Source: Nitrososphaeraceae archaeon
GTDB lineage: Archaea; Thermoproteota; Nitrososphaeria; Nitrososphaerales; Nitrososphaeraceae
Direction: 5' to 3'
NCBI GenBank assembly: GCA_035250975.1
Contig: DATFEP010000047.1
Coordinates: 18,963-82,962 of the forward strand
DNA length: 64,000 nucleotides
A program made the position numbers and the translations under genes. Below the pieces are notes generated by a model. It saw nothing but the letters and a program-made list of their open reading frames with translations. It did no database searches and was not told where the DNA came from. This document shows, one piece after another, positions 53,675-64,000 of this stretch. Position 1 is the first letter of the stretch. The number at the start of each line of letters is the position of its first letter.

Positions 53675-54787
53675 ATGGCAAAAATGATCAATCATGCTAT
53701 TATTTTTGTTGTGATGTCAATATTTTTTGTTACATACACTTTGGAATCTGTTAATGCTCAAAGCTCCAACATTACAGAAAAAGAGTATTTAACCCTTAAT
53801 GACTTGTTTGACCTAGTTGAAAATTCCGTTGTACAGATAACTAAAACAATACCTTCTGTAGATCCATTTGGTCCAAAGAACGAGAATAGTACTTCTCTAG
53901 GATCAGGATTCATTTACAGCAAGGATGGACATATAGTTACAAATAATCACGTAGTAGAACATGCAAAATCTGTAGATGTAACTTTCATTAACGGTGATAG
54001 ATATACTGCCAATGTAACTGGGACGGATGTTTTTAGCGATTTAGCTGTAATCAAGATTAATGAAAATGTTACAAAATTACCCTTGGTACTAATTCTTGGA
54101 AATTCATCTCAGCTTAAGGTCGGAGATCCAGTAGTTGCAATAGGAAATCCATTTGGATTAGAAGGATCGATGACAACAGGTATCGTAAGTCAAATAGGCA
54201 GGCTTTTGTCTGTTGATGAGAAAGGATTTTCAATTCCAAATGCAATTCAGACCGATGCATCTATTAATCCAGGCAACTCTGGAGGGCCATTATTAGATAT
54301 GAAAGCTGAGGTAATAGGAGTAAATACTGCTGGAATTTTTCCAGGAGGAATTGGACTTGCGGTTCCTTCCAATACTGTAGCGCGCATAATTCCAGTACTT
54401 ATTGAACAAGGAAATTATACCCATCCATGGCTTGGAATAACAGGAACCACACTTACATCAGAGCTCGCCAAGAGAGAACAATTGGATAGAAGTCACAAAG
54501 GTGTTTTACTTGACACTATAGTAAAGGCAAGTCCTGCTGATTTGGCCGGATTAAACGGAAGTGTGGTGAATCAATATGGCGAAAAGAGAGGAGGAGATCT
54601 GATTACTGCCATAGATGGAAAGCCGATATTAAAAATTGAAGACTTGATTTCTTACTTGGAGATCAATAAAGCTGTAAACGAGAATGCCACCTTATCTATA
54701 TATAGAGATGGAGAGATTTTGGAAAAAGAGATCATGTTGAAGAGTAGACCAGTAACTATGCCACCTATCAATCAAACGAAGAGTTAG
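53675..54787 (+). CDS. HtrA/DegP-like serine protease with PDZ domain
   Basis: TNNHVV, DLAVIK, GNSGGPL. Confidence 0.95.
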   Translation: MAKMINHAIIFVVMSIFFVTYTLESVNAQSSNITEKEYLTLNDLFDLVENSVVQITKTIPSVDPFGPKNENSTSLGSGFIYSKDGHIVTNNHVVEHAKSVDVTFINGDRYTANVTGTDVFSDLAVIKINENVTKLPLVLILGNSSQLKVGDPVVAIGNPFGLEGSMTTGIVSQIGRLLSVDEKGFSIPNAIQTDASINPGNSGGPLLDMKAEVIGVNTAGIFPGGIGLAVPSNTVARIIPVLIEQGNYTHPWLGITGTTLTSELAKREQLDRSHKGVLLDTIVKASPADLAGLNGSVVNQYGEKRGGDLITAIDGKPILKIEDLISYLEINKAVNENATLSIYRDGEILEKEIMLKSRPVTMPPINQTKS

Positions 54788-54900
54788 AAAACCGTTATTT
54801 TCCTATATTTATTTTATATTGGACTTCAAATTTTTTCGTTTATTAGTTAAAGTATTATAATTATTTATATTCATATAAATATAATTCCATTCATTATATT

Positions 54901-54918
54901 TGTTAGCCGAGGCTAACA
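54901..54918. promoter_or_regulatory. Probable DtxR/MntR-family operator
   Basis: Perfect inverted repeat TGTTAGCC-ga-GGCTAACA 30 bp upstream of the operon that ends in the DtxR-family gene. Confidence 0.7.
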
Positions 54919-54948
54919 TTTATTTATGCATGAAAGCTATATATTTCT

Positions 54949-56145
54949 ATGAAATTATCTAAATCCCTTATCTTTCTTTTCTCTTTAGCATTCATTTTTA
55001 TACTATATACCGGTATCAAATTAGTTAATCCAAATATATCATCTCACTCTCAAGAACAAAATGTACAAAGAATTATTGGAGGTCACACCCCTGGATATAG
55101 CACTTCAACAACAAATGGAGAACTTATTGATCCAATTTCTCAAATGATACCAATCAAAGATGCAGTAATAGATCCTGATAAATACTTGAGAGATTTTAAT
55201 TATGGAAGAGTATCAGTCTCAGATAATGACACGACAATAAGAGATTTTACAATTGTCGCTTCAGATCAAGACATAAAGGAAATTTCTCCAGGTGTATTTT
55301 ATAATGTTTGGACATTTAATGGAACAGTACCTGGACCAACAATCCGTGCTGTTGAAGGAGATATTGTGAGGATCAATTTCATAAACAATGGATCAAAATT
55401 TCATACAATGCATTTTCATGGTATTCATAAGGCAGAAATGGATGGAGTATTTGAAGGGGTAGCTCCGGGAGGAAAATTTACTTATGAATTTATAGCCGAG
55501 CCATTCGGACTCTTTCCATACCACTGTCATATCCAACCACTGGAAGAACACATAGGTCATGGTTTGTATGGAGTTTACATAGTTGATCCCAAAATTCCTA
55601 GACCTGAAGCTGATGAGATGGTCATGGTAATGAATGGTTATGATACCGATTTTGATACTGAAAATAACTTCTATACTGTAAATGGCATTCCATATTATTA
55701 CATGCATCATCCTGTTCAGATTAAGCAAAATGATCTAGTTAGAATTTATCTAGTAAATATGTTGGAATTTGATCCTATCAATAATTTCCATTTACATGCA
55801 AATCTCTATAATGTATACAAGACCGGAACAAAAACAACTCCAGACGAATATACAGACATGATAACCATGAGTCAGGGAGAAAGGAGTATCTTAGAATTCA
55901 ATTACACGTATCCCGGAAAATATATGTTTCATGCTCACAAGACGGAATTTGCTGAGAAAGGATGGATGGGTTTATTTCTCGTAAAAGAATCAGTTAATGA
56001 AAAAAATAATACAAGCTACACAAATACTGCGGATACTCTGTCTGACGAAAATGACGAGAACTTGAGTACAGGAACCTATAATAAGATAACACAAAAAGAA
56101 TCAGCAGCAAAGATTCTGAAAAATTTAACCAATGGAGGCAACTAA
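54949..56145 (+). CDS. Two-domain multicopper oxidase
   Basis: HTMHFHG, YHCH...EEH..HGL, FHLH, FHAH; T1 Cys only in domain 1. Confidence 0.92.
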   Translation: MKLSKSLIFLFSLAFIFILYTGIKLVNPNISSHSQEQNVQRIIGGHTPGYSTSTTNGELIDPISQMIPIKDAVIDPDKYLRDFNYGRVSVSDNDTTIRDFTIVASDQDIKEISPGVFYNVWTFNGTVPGPTIRAVEGDIVRINFINNGSKFHTMHFHGIHKAEMDGVFEGVAPGGKFTYEFIAEPFGLFPYHCHIQPLEEHIGHGLYGVYIVDPKIPRPEADEMVMVMNGYDTDFDTENNFYTVNGIPYYYMHHPVQIKQNDLVRIYLVNMLEFDPINNFHLHANLYNVYKTGTKTTPDEYTDMITMSQGERSILEFNYTYPGKYMFHAHKTEFAEKGWMGLFLVKESVNEKNNTSYTNTADTLSDENDENLSTGTYNKITQKESAAKILKNLTNGGN

Positions 56146-56150
56146 AAAGA

Positions 56151-57461
56151 ATGGAAGACATAGAGAACAAACAAGCAAAAAAGGAAAGTAAAAACAATAT
56201 AGAATTCTCTAAAAAAAAGATAGTTCTCTATGGTATAATTCCTTTTATCATACTAGCTACTCTAATTGCTTTTCTCTTAAGTCCAAATAGTGAAGTCTTT
56301 CTGAATGCAGGAATAGCACTACCAAATCTTACAATAGAGAAAATAGAATTTCAAGAAGATTTTATAATTGCACATGTCAGAAACACAGGACAGTTCGATA
56401 CTGTTATTTCGCAGGCCGATATAAATGATAGAATTCATCCTGCGGGTGTAGAACCATCTAAACACCTTTTAAGATTTGAATCAGCAAAAATAACCATTCC
56501 ATTTTCTTGGAATGTAGGCGAACCCTATGAGATAGGAATTACAACAAGTGATGGTACAAGATTTAGCAAAATCATTGAAGCTGCTGCCCCAACTCCAAAT
56601 CCAAATTATGAACAATTCGCCATATTTGCTCTTATAGGTACATATGTTGGAATCATACCAATTATGATAGGTTTATTGTGGTATCCTTTTATAAAAAAGT
56701 TAAATCAGAATAAGTATAATTTCTTTCTAAGTCTTACTGTAGGATTACTAGTCTTTCTTGGATTAGATGCCTTGTTAGAAAGTAACGAGATTGTAGTCTC
56801 AAATGTTTCTAAAATCTTTAATGGACAAATGCTTATCATAATAGGATGTATTATCACTTTTCTGGTACTAATTTACATTTCAAATAGATTTACACAAAGA
56901 ACTCAAAAGAGTAAATCGTTAATTGAAGGTAAGAATACAGACTACAACGAATCTGTGTCATCATTTTCTTCCATGTCTACCAGGCAAGAACAAAAAGACA
57001 TCATCAAACCAATTACATTGTCTTTGATGATAGCTATAAGCATAGGGTTGCATAACTTTGGAGAAGGATTGGCTATTGGTTCTGCAATTTTGATTGGTGA
57101 GGTTGCACTGAGTACTTTTCTTATAGTAGGTTTTACCATTCATAACACAACAGAGGGTTTAGCAATAGTTGCACCATTGACTAAAAGCGGAAAGATAACG
57201 ATACGAAAATTAATAATGCTTGGAGTAATAGCAGGTGGACCAACAATAATTGGAGCTTGGATAGGAGGTTTCCTTTATCATCCCATAGCCTCTGTGATCT
57301 TCTTGGCTATAGGAGCCGGTGCAATCTTTCAGGTAGCATATCAAGTATATTCATGGTTTTCATCCTATCTAGGAAATAAAAATACTTTAACAAATGGATA
57401 TATTATCAGCGGATTTATTGTAGGAATAATGATTATGTATCTAACAGGATTATTTATATAA
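56151..57461 (+). CDS. ZIP family metal transporter with N-terminal extracellular domain
   Basis: GLHNFGEGLAIG, HNTTEGL. Confidence 0.92.
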   Translation: MEDIENKQAKKESKNNIEFSKKKIVLYGIIPFIILATLIAFLLSPNSEVFLNAGIALPNLTIEKIEFQEDFIIAHVRNTGQFDTVISQADINDRIHPAGVEPSKHLLRFESAKITIPFSWNVGEPYEIGITTSDGTRFSKIIEAAAPTPNPNYEQFAIFALIGTYVGIIPIMIGLLWYPFIKKLNQNKYNFFLSLTVGLLVFLGLDALLESNEIVVSNVSKIFNGQMLIIIGCIITFLVLIYISNRFTQRTQKSKSLIEGKNTDYNESVSSFSSMSTRQEQKDIIKPITLSLMIAISIGLHNFGEGLAIGSAILIGEVALSTFLIVGFTIHNTTEGLAIVAPLTKSGKITIRKLIMLGVIAGGPTIIGAWIGGFLYHPIASVIFLAIGAGAIFQVAYQVYSWFSSYLGNKNTLTNGYIISGFIVGIMIMYLTGLFI

Positions 57462-57490
57462 AAAAAGGAGATGAAAGAGGTAATACGAAA

Positions 57491-57988
57491 TTGAATATAA
57501 TGAATACAAAAGGTCTATCAAGTAGCAGCAAAAGTATCGAAGAAAGTACTAGATTGACTTCCATACGTAATGCTAATTCCTCCAAGAAATATACAAAAGA
57601 TAGAACTCCAAGGATGGAGGATTACCTTGAAGTTATTTATGAATTAGTCCAAAGTAAAGGATATGCAACAACCGTAGACATATCTCAATATCTGAATGTA
57701 AGTTCTCCAAGTGTCACAAAAATGGTACAAAGATTGGATGAAGCACAGATGCTTATTTATGAAAAATATAGAGGAATAAGATTGACTGAACATGGAATTT
57801 CTATCGCTATTAGTATTAGAAATAGACATGGGCTTTTATCAGAATTTTTTAGATTAATCGGGGTTGATGAAAATACTGCAAATGAAGATGCAGAAGGTCT
57901 CGAACACCATTTACATCCAGAAAGTATAAAGAAATTAGAGAAATTGGTAAATATTATGAAAAACAACCCAGATATCCTAGATATTTGA
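57491..57988 (+). CDS. DtxR/MntR family metal-dependent repressor
   Basis: MEDYLEVIY, SVTKMV, RHGLL, AEGLEHH. Confidence 0.93.
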   Translation: MNIMNTKGLSSSSKSIEESTRLTSIRNANSSKKYTKDRTPRMEDYLEVIYELVQSKGYATTVDISQYLNVSSPSVTKMVQRLDEAQMLIYEKYRGIRLTEHGISIAISIRNRHGLLSEFFRLIGVDENTANEDAEGLEHHLHPESIKKLEKLVNIMKNNPDILDI

Positions 57989-58191
57989 ATTGCTTTTTAA
58001 ATTAAAAAAACAAATATCAAATTAACCGAATTTATTGCGATTTATGGTTACAAAACAAAATTGCAAAGAACATAATTCCTGGTATCAGAAAAAATAATTT
58101 ATAAAAAAGCTGAAAATAAAAAATGTTCTTGTTTTACAAAATTTTAATAATGTTTCATTATCTGGTGTTAAATGGTTAATTGGTTAAATTG

Positions 58192-58929
58192 TCAATTTAT
58201 TTTTTTCTTGCTTTTTTCAATCATATCACGAAAATTTACATAAACTAATTTGCATAGACTCGATAGCTCCTCGATTTGGGATATATTTTTGGGCATGATA
58301 GAATCTACTGGTATTTTGGAATCCTCAATTTCTTTTGAATATTGATTTATCCAATCCTTTATCATATTGACATCTACTTCAATATGAAACTGTATTCCTA
58401 TAGCATTCTTGATCCTAAACGCTTGAACATAGTAACGTGATTTTGCCAAAATGGTAGAACCGTCTGGAAGATCATATGTGTCTCCATGCCATTGAAAAAT
58501 TTTAACGTTGTTTGTAGATAAACCACTAAATATTTCTTTTTTACCATCATTAGTTATTTCTACGTCATACCAACCGATCTCTTTTGTTTTTCCAGCATGA
58601 ACATTACCTCCTAAAGCTTGCGCAATTAATTGAGACCCTAGACAAATCCCTAAGGTTGGAATATTCATGTCAACTGCTTTATTTATCAAATTTTGCTCCT
58701 CTTGTAAATATTCGTAATTATCAGAAACAGACATTGGACCACCTAAAATTATGATGCCCGAATAATCAGACATATTTGGAAAAATATTTTTTATGTTTCT
58801 AGCATCAATCACAGAAATATCGTATTTATCAGATTCAAAAAGTTTTTTAAACCTGCCTAGGTGTTCGCATTGAATATTTTGAACTACTAAAATCCGATGG
58901 TTCACGGGCAGAGATAAAGACAAATTCAA
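58192..58929 (-). CDS. Type 1 glutamine amidotransferase
   Basis: LGGPMS, GICLGSQL, WHGD, QFHIE. Confidence 0.92.
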   Translation of the reverse strand: MNLSLSLPVNHRILVVQNIQCEHLGRFKKLFESDKYDISVIDARNIKNIFPNMSDYSGIIILGGPMSVSDNYEYLQEEQNLINKAVDMNIPTLGICLGSQLIAQALGGNVHAGKTKEIGWYDVEITNDGKKEIFSGLSTNNVKIFQWHGDTYDLPDGSTILAKSRYYVQAFRIKNAIGIQFHIEVDVNMIKDWINQYSKEIEDSKIPVDSIMPKNISQIEELSSLCKLVYVNFRDMIEKSKKKIN

Positions 58930-59178
58930 GAAAGATACAAGCCTTTAGAATATAAAGCTATCAAAGATCAGAAAATAAAAGTAAATCAGATCACATCAAC
59001 TTCAAAAAGATAATTTTAGAATATTTTTGTCTGTATTATAAAAATTCAAAATGGTAAAGTGACTTAAAATTAACGAAGTTTTTGTTCCCAAATTTAAACT
59101 ATTTTGGGCTATTCAATCAAAAATTAATGTCTATTTTGTAAAAACATCTCTGAAAAAATAACAGTTATCCAAGTTATC

Positions 59179-59200
59179 GATGTCTATTTTTGTAGACATC
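59179..59200. promoter_or_regulatory. 8-6-8 inverted repeat, candidate operator
   Basis: GATGTCTA-tttttg-TAGACATC; degenerate copy near 59127-59149. Confidence 0.4.
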
Positions 59201-59672
59201 CAGAACATTTCCTTTTAGAGAAGAATGTATATGATTTAATAGATCTATCAAGGATGAGTTTGGCGTTACACATATTGCATTTTTTTCAATAGAGATGAGA
59301 TATAGCTATTGTCTTTTAGATGTATCTAACAAAAAAGCAGTAGAATACATTATTCTAAGATCGATATAAATCTGATTGGATCACCGAAGTTAAGACGGGC
59401 TAAGAAAGAATAGGAATTAATCCTAAAATAGGATAAACACAAAATAAAATAGAATTAACTTAGCTTTATATCAGTAATTTAATACATTATATATATTGAA
59501 AACTTTTTCAAGAGATTTTTTTGTTTTTGCTTCGTCTTGTATATAGAAAATAAATAGCTATGAATACTTTGTAGAAATAATTTTATATTATTTGAGATTA
59601 CGTTGTTTAAAATAAAGTTGCAAAAATACAAATACATAACATTTGAATTAGATAATGCTTTTATTCAACTGA

Positions 59673-60122
59673 TTGAGTCGATTTAGCAATAGATTTATCG
59701 TTAGGGCTCCAATAGAAAAAGTTTGGAATTTTTATACAGATATAAAACATTTAGAAATTATCACTCCACAAAAACTAGATTTAAAAGTTATGCATACAAC
59801 AAATGATAAAATTTCTACAGGACAGGAATGTACTATATCTGCAAAAATGCTAACACGAAAGAGATGGCGGTCTAAAATTGTAGCATGTACCCCTTATGAA
59901 TACACCGATGAAATGTTAGAAGGGCCTTTTAAGAAATGGAAGCATGTTCATAAATTTAATGAAATTGGCAGGAATGAGACAGAAATTATAGATGAAATCG
60001 ATTTTGAATTATCTTATGGAATAATTGGAAGATTAGTAAATTTTTACATAATACATGTTCTTGAAAAAATATTTGAAAACAGGAGGATAGCTACCAAAAT
60101 TCACCTAGATAAAATATATTAA
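59673..60122 (+). CDS. SRPBCC family protein
   Basis: APIEKVWNF, DEMLEGPFKKWKHVHKF. Confidence 0.88.
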   Translation: MSRFSNRFIVRAPIEKVWNFYTDIKHLEIITPQKLDLKVMHTTNDKISTGQECTISAKMLTRKRWRSKIVACTPYEYTDEMLEGPFKKWKHVHKFNEIGRNETEIIDEIDFELSYGIIGRLVNFYIIHVLEKIFENRRIATKIHLDKIY

Positions 60123-60212
60123 TAGATTGACATCACAAGTTGTGGATTACAATCATATCTTTTTTAATTTGGGAAAGTTTTCTGAACTAATTATAGGAAA
60201 AATTATTTTTCC

Positions 60213-60254
60213 TTTGAATACTAAATTGTTCTATTTGAATACTAAATTGTTCTA
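60213..60254 (+). repeat. Exact 21-bp tandem duplication
   Basis: tttgaatactaaattgttcta x2. Confidence 0.9.
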
Positions 60255-60394
60255 TGGTTGTATATTGGTATTTTATTGTTATGTATGACTCATAGCTTTA
60301 TTATTAGCTAGGATGTCATTTTGTAGATGATTGTTTTATATACTATTATGATTCCATAGTAAACCATTTACAAAATACTAAAAAATCAAATTAT

Positions 60395-60934
60395 TTGAAA
60401 ATTACAAGTACATTTAAAGGGAGTAACACTCTAACAATTCAGGATATAGAAATCATGGTTATTATAGTAGATGAAAAATTGATGATTAATCATCATCACG
60501 ATAAAAAACTAGCAAATGTAACAGTAACTGGAGAAATAAGATTTTCTCCACAAGAATTGCATCAAATGAATACATCCGAGAAAAGATTATTTAAATTAAG
60601 ATGTGAATTATGGGGACAAGATACGATTGCTAAAGATAAATTATATACATTTAATCCGTTAAAATATTATCCAGGTGTCTCTCAGAATATATCCGAAACA
60701 TTTACATTCAAAGAAATATTATCAGAAGGTGTTTTAGATGAAGATGTAGGAAAAAATGAGGTATATGCTAAGCTTATTTTGACCAATCTATCTACTGGAA
60801 ATCAAGTTATAGATAAAACCAACACTGTAAGTTTAGGAAAAAGTAAAGAATATGCTAAGCTTATTTTGACCAATCTATCTACTGGAATACTTTATTGTGT
60901 AACCCATTTCACAAATCATTTTATATACATTTAG
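60395..60934 (+). CDS. Hypothetical protein with internal C-terminal duplication
   Basis: YAKLILTNLSTG twice; exact 38-bp repeat at 60763-60800 and 60850-60887. Confidence 0.7.
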   Translation: MKITSTFKGSNTLTIQDIEIMVIIVDEKLMINHHHDKKLANVTVTGEIRFSPQELHQMNTSEKRLFKLRCELWGQDTIAKDKLYTFNPLKYYPGVSQNISETFTFKEILSEGVLDEDVGKNEVYAKLILTNLSTGNQVIDKTNTVSLGKSKEYAKLILTNLSTGILYCVTHFTNHFIYI

Positions 60935-61293
60935 TGGATAAGATATAGTTATGGGTCGATCATATTTTTCAATATAGTCCAGGTAACGCTGGTAGAAATA
61001 CCTGCAGATCCGCTGACTATTATTTTGTTGACCTCCTTGTATTTTGATGGGTTTTTAACAAGAATATCATAGTTGCAAAAGGATATTATAGAAGCAGACC
61101 AAGAAAAATATGCTTTGAATAATTTTTATTTGTATAATTAGTAGTATTAAAGAATTAAATATATTCTGGCTGAAAGTTCATGACTGATTTTCATATATTA
61201 CTTATACTCATAGAAAAACATATTTGTTCACGATATAAAATTTAACCAAATTTAGTTATCTGATATATATAGCATAAAATTAATAAGTATATA

Positions 61294-62215
61294 ATGAAGG
61301 TAGGATTAGTTGTCCCTCAATCTGGAATAAATTCAACAAAGGAAAATTTAATTACATTTATACAACTAGCGGAAAAAGAAAAATTTGAATCATTTGGGGT
61401 TTATGATCGAATGCTATATCCTCTGAATCCTCAACAACCATATCCTGGAACACCAGACAAAAGAGAATGGCCTGATTATTTTCAGAACGTCTTAGATCCA
61501 TTAACAACACTAGCATTTATTGCAGCTAATACTTCAAACGCAAAATTGGGAACTTGTATTATTGACATGCTTTTTCACAATCCTGTAACCCTTGCTAAAG
61601 AATTCACTACGATTGACATCTTATCTGGAGGCAGGATGATTTGTGGTTTAGGCATCGGATGGTCAAAGGATGAATACCTTACAGCAAACATTCCTTATTT
61701 GAAGAGAGGAGAAAGATCAAACGAAATTCTCCAAGCGATGAAAAAGATATAGATAGAGAATATTGTAGAATTTGACGGAAAATTTTATAAAATTCCAAAA
61801 TCAAAAATAGGTCCAAAACCTACTCAAAAACCACATCCTAAAATTTTGCTGGGAGGTTTTCTCCAAAAACGTTTGAACGTATGGCAAAATATGGAGATGG
61901 TTATATGGAGCCTTAGGAGGATCTTTTGGATATTTTGAAAACTCCATTAAAATGTTCAATGATTTTATTAAAAAAAGTACAAGAGAAAGGAAGGATTTTG
62001 ATCTACCTATTTTAACATTTCCATATATTCTGACAAAAAAGTCCTGAAAACGAACGAGCTATGATGAACGGAACAATAGAGGAAATTGCATCTGATTTAT
62101 CTAAACTCAAAAGTTTTGCGTAGACCCAGTAATTTTTGCCATGAATGCAGAAAAAAATTATGATGTAAACGAAACTATTGAATTTCTTGTAAAATTAAAA
62201 AAGTTCTGTAAATAG
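61294..62215 (+). pseudogene. LLM-class F420-dependent oxidoreductase pseudogene
   Basis: LDPLTTLAF, GLGIGW; in-frame TAG at 61750 followed by FDGKFY...PKPTQKPHP; several frameshifts before the TAG at 62213-62215. Confidence 0.88.
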
Positions 62216-62328
62216 AAAGCTATTAAACATCATATACATTGATAGGCTAATTAATGTTGTTTCGTTTCATACTTGTTAAATAATGTGTTTTTATAACTTA
62301 ATTATAAAAATATTCAAATTTTATAAAA

Positions 62329-63009
62329 TTAGTTTTTTTCATCTTTGAAATTTATTATGGAATGATTGCCATCACAAAATGGTTTATTATTAGATGTGCC
62401 ACATCTACAAAGTGTATAATGTTCTTTTGACGCATCATCTGGAAATTGCGTTCCTACTAGTTCTATGCTACCAGTAATATAATATGGTCCATCTTTGCTT
62501 ACCTTAACCAACTGTTTTCCATCGTAATCTCTATATTCAATCCCGTCAATCGAATAACTAAGTGCACCTGAAGGACATTTTTTTATTGTTTCAATAATTT
62601 CTTTAGTTATTGCTCGATCTGGATCTATCCAGGGTCTTTTATTTAAACTGAATACTGATGATAAATTATTTACACATTCAGCTGCATGGGAACATATCCT
62701 CCTATTATCATGAATAGTAATTTTGCTGCCTACGTAACTTTTTCTTTTTGAACTTGTCTTGTTGTTATTATTATCGGCATTTTCACTTGAAAACTTTATT
62801 ACACCATGAGTCCCATCACAAAAAGGCTTATTCCTTGAAGCCCCACATCTACATAGTGCTATTCCTTGAATATTTGATAGTCTTTCACCCTTGGAATTTT
62901 CTAGATTTTCTATAACTTTAATTTCTCTATCATTGATTAAATATAATGGACCATTTGGTAATGGTATAATCATTGGTTTATTATCGGTTTTTTTACTATT
63001 ATTCTCCAA
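62329..63009 (-). CDS. CDGSH iron-sulfur domain protein (two CDGSH domains plus central ferredoxin-like domain)
   Basis: LCRCG...KPFCDGTH and LCRCG...KPFCDGNH; CSHAAEC, CPSGAL. Confidence 0.93.
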   Translation of the reverse strand: MENNSKKTDNKPMIIPLPNGPLYLINDREIKVIENLENSKGERLSNIQGIALCRCGASRNKPFCDGTHGVIKFSSENADNNNNKTSSKRKSYVGSKITIHDNRRICSHAAECVNNLSSVFSLNKRPWIDPDRAITKEIIETIKKCPSGALSYSIDGIEYRDYDGKQLVKVSKDGPYYITGSIELVGTQFPDDASKEHYTLCRCGTSNNKPFCDGNHSIINFKDEKN

Positions 63010-63090
63010 TATTAATATAATAATTTATCAGTACTTTAATTTATCTTTCATTTTTTTATTTATATTCAATAACTATTTACTTCATTTTAT

Positions 63091-63357
63091 TTATTTTATA
63101 TAGATCTTATCTTCATAACACCATTTCCAGTCTTCTCCAGGTTCGTATGATTTAATAATTGGGTGACCTGTTTCTTGAAAGTGTTTTGTTCCATGTTTAT
63201 TAATTGAAGAATCACAACAGCCAATATGACCACATGAAAGACAAAGACGTAAATGGACCCAAGTAGAGCCAATTTTTTCACATTCTTCACAACCTTTTGT
63301 ATTTCCATTTACGTTATCATTAACTTGATCAATGTGCGAACATCTATTTTGATTCAT
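63091..63357 (-). CDS. Stand-alone UBP-type zinc finger protein
   Basis: CSH, GCEEC, WVHLRLCLSCGHIGCCDSS, HF..TGHP, WKWCY. Confidence 0.92.
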   Translation of the reverse strand: MNQNRCSHIDQVNDNVNGNTKGCEECEKIGSTWVHLRLCLSCGHIGCCDSSINKHGTKHFQETGHPIIKSYEPGEDWKWCYEDKIYIK

Positions 63358-63861
63358 AACTTTATAGAGAGGTTTAATTTATATAAATATAGATTAATCA
63401 ATTACCAAAAAAAATAGTTCATTTAAAAGAACCTAAATTATAAAATACAGCACAAAAACGAATATGTAAGTTATTATAAATGATGATTACTCATACAATC
63501 AGCAAATATGAAATGCGACCAAATGAAAAAATTGAAAAACCCTAAGGAATGATCTTGTCCTGTATATCTATTAGTTTGATTCTGCAATTTTTATCTGCTG
63601 CTAACTTTTATTTTAGTTAATGGATAAAACTATATATAGTATTAAGATATTCCAAATTTTTAAAGAAATTATAGTCAAGACTTTTAAATCAGAAAATACA
63701 TTGATTGTACCGCTTCTAGATTTTGTTTAATAAGATTCTTTATTTTGTAACTTTATTCTATATTCTATATTTTATATTCTACCGAGATATTAAAATTTTT
63801 TATTATTTCTTTTTTATTATTTCTCTTTGATTATTTCCATTATTATTTATCGATAACCAAG

Positions 63862-64000
63862 TCATCCAAATAAACCGAAAAAGGGCTTATTTTTGGCTTT
63901 ACCATTATCTTTTGCAATTGTATTATTATTTTTATCAATATTTTTTTTATCACTATATTTTATATTCTCACAATCATTTTCTGGAGAGGTATCTTTTTGT
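63862..64000 (-). CDS. Probable 3' end of a gene entering from beyond the window
   Basis: Open frame QKDTSPENDCENIKY...KPFFGLFG-stop. Confidence 0.4.
   Translation of the reverse strand, partial: QKDTSPENDCENIKYSDKKNIDKNNNTIAKDNGKAKNKPFFGLFG

Noticed and set aside
54949-56145. Calling the multicopper oxidase nirK
   Set aside because: His pattern fits a trinuclear-centre two-domain MCO, and the context is ZIP/DtxR
60948-61115. Open minus-strand frame between the hypothetical gene and the LLM pseudogene
   Set aside because: No start codon or family signature
1478-63308. Numerous short ORFs antisense to or nested in long genes (e.g. 1478-1789, 11471-11758, 13724-14128, 32926-33270, 55393-55728)
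   Set aside because: Shadow frames of well-supported genes, with no motifs

Overview
AT-rich window (roughly 30% GC by eye). Its gene families point to a soil ammonia-oxidising archaeon of the Nitrososphaeraceae (Nitrosocosmicus-like); this is an inference. No rRNA, complete tRNA, CRISPR array or intact transposase/integrase was found. The left half (1-32 kb) is accessory and rich in oxidative enzymes: a tyrosinase coupled to a VioB/RebD-like protein, a copper radical oxidase divergent from a GMC oxidase, and a DyP peroxidase. It also holds a YcaO without tfuA, bracketed by four intact and one decayed paralog of an uncharacterised protein family, plus dispersed palindromes and hairpin repeats. 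The right half holds housekeeping-type genes (BtuF-like, LysE, macro, Sir2, HIT) and a kinase-regulator-ParA-ParB-sensor cluster. Next to that cluster are a perfect 26-bp palindrome, a stand-alone copy of the kinase's Cys domain and a protein ending in SAMP-like PPVMGG. Further right are an MCO-ZIP-DtxR operon with a likely operator and an LLM pseudogene. All family assignments come from motif recognition; no searches were run.
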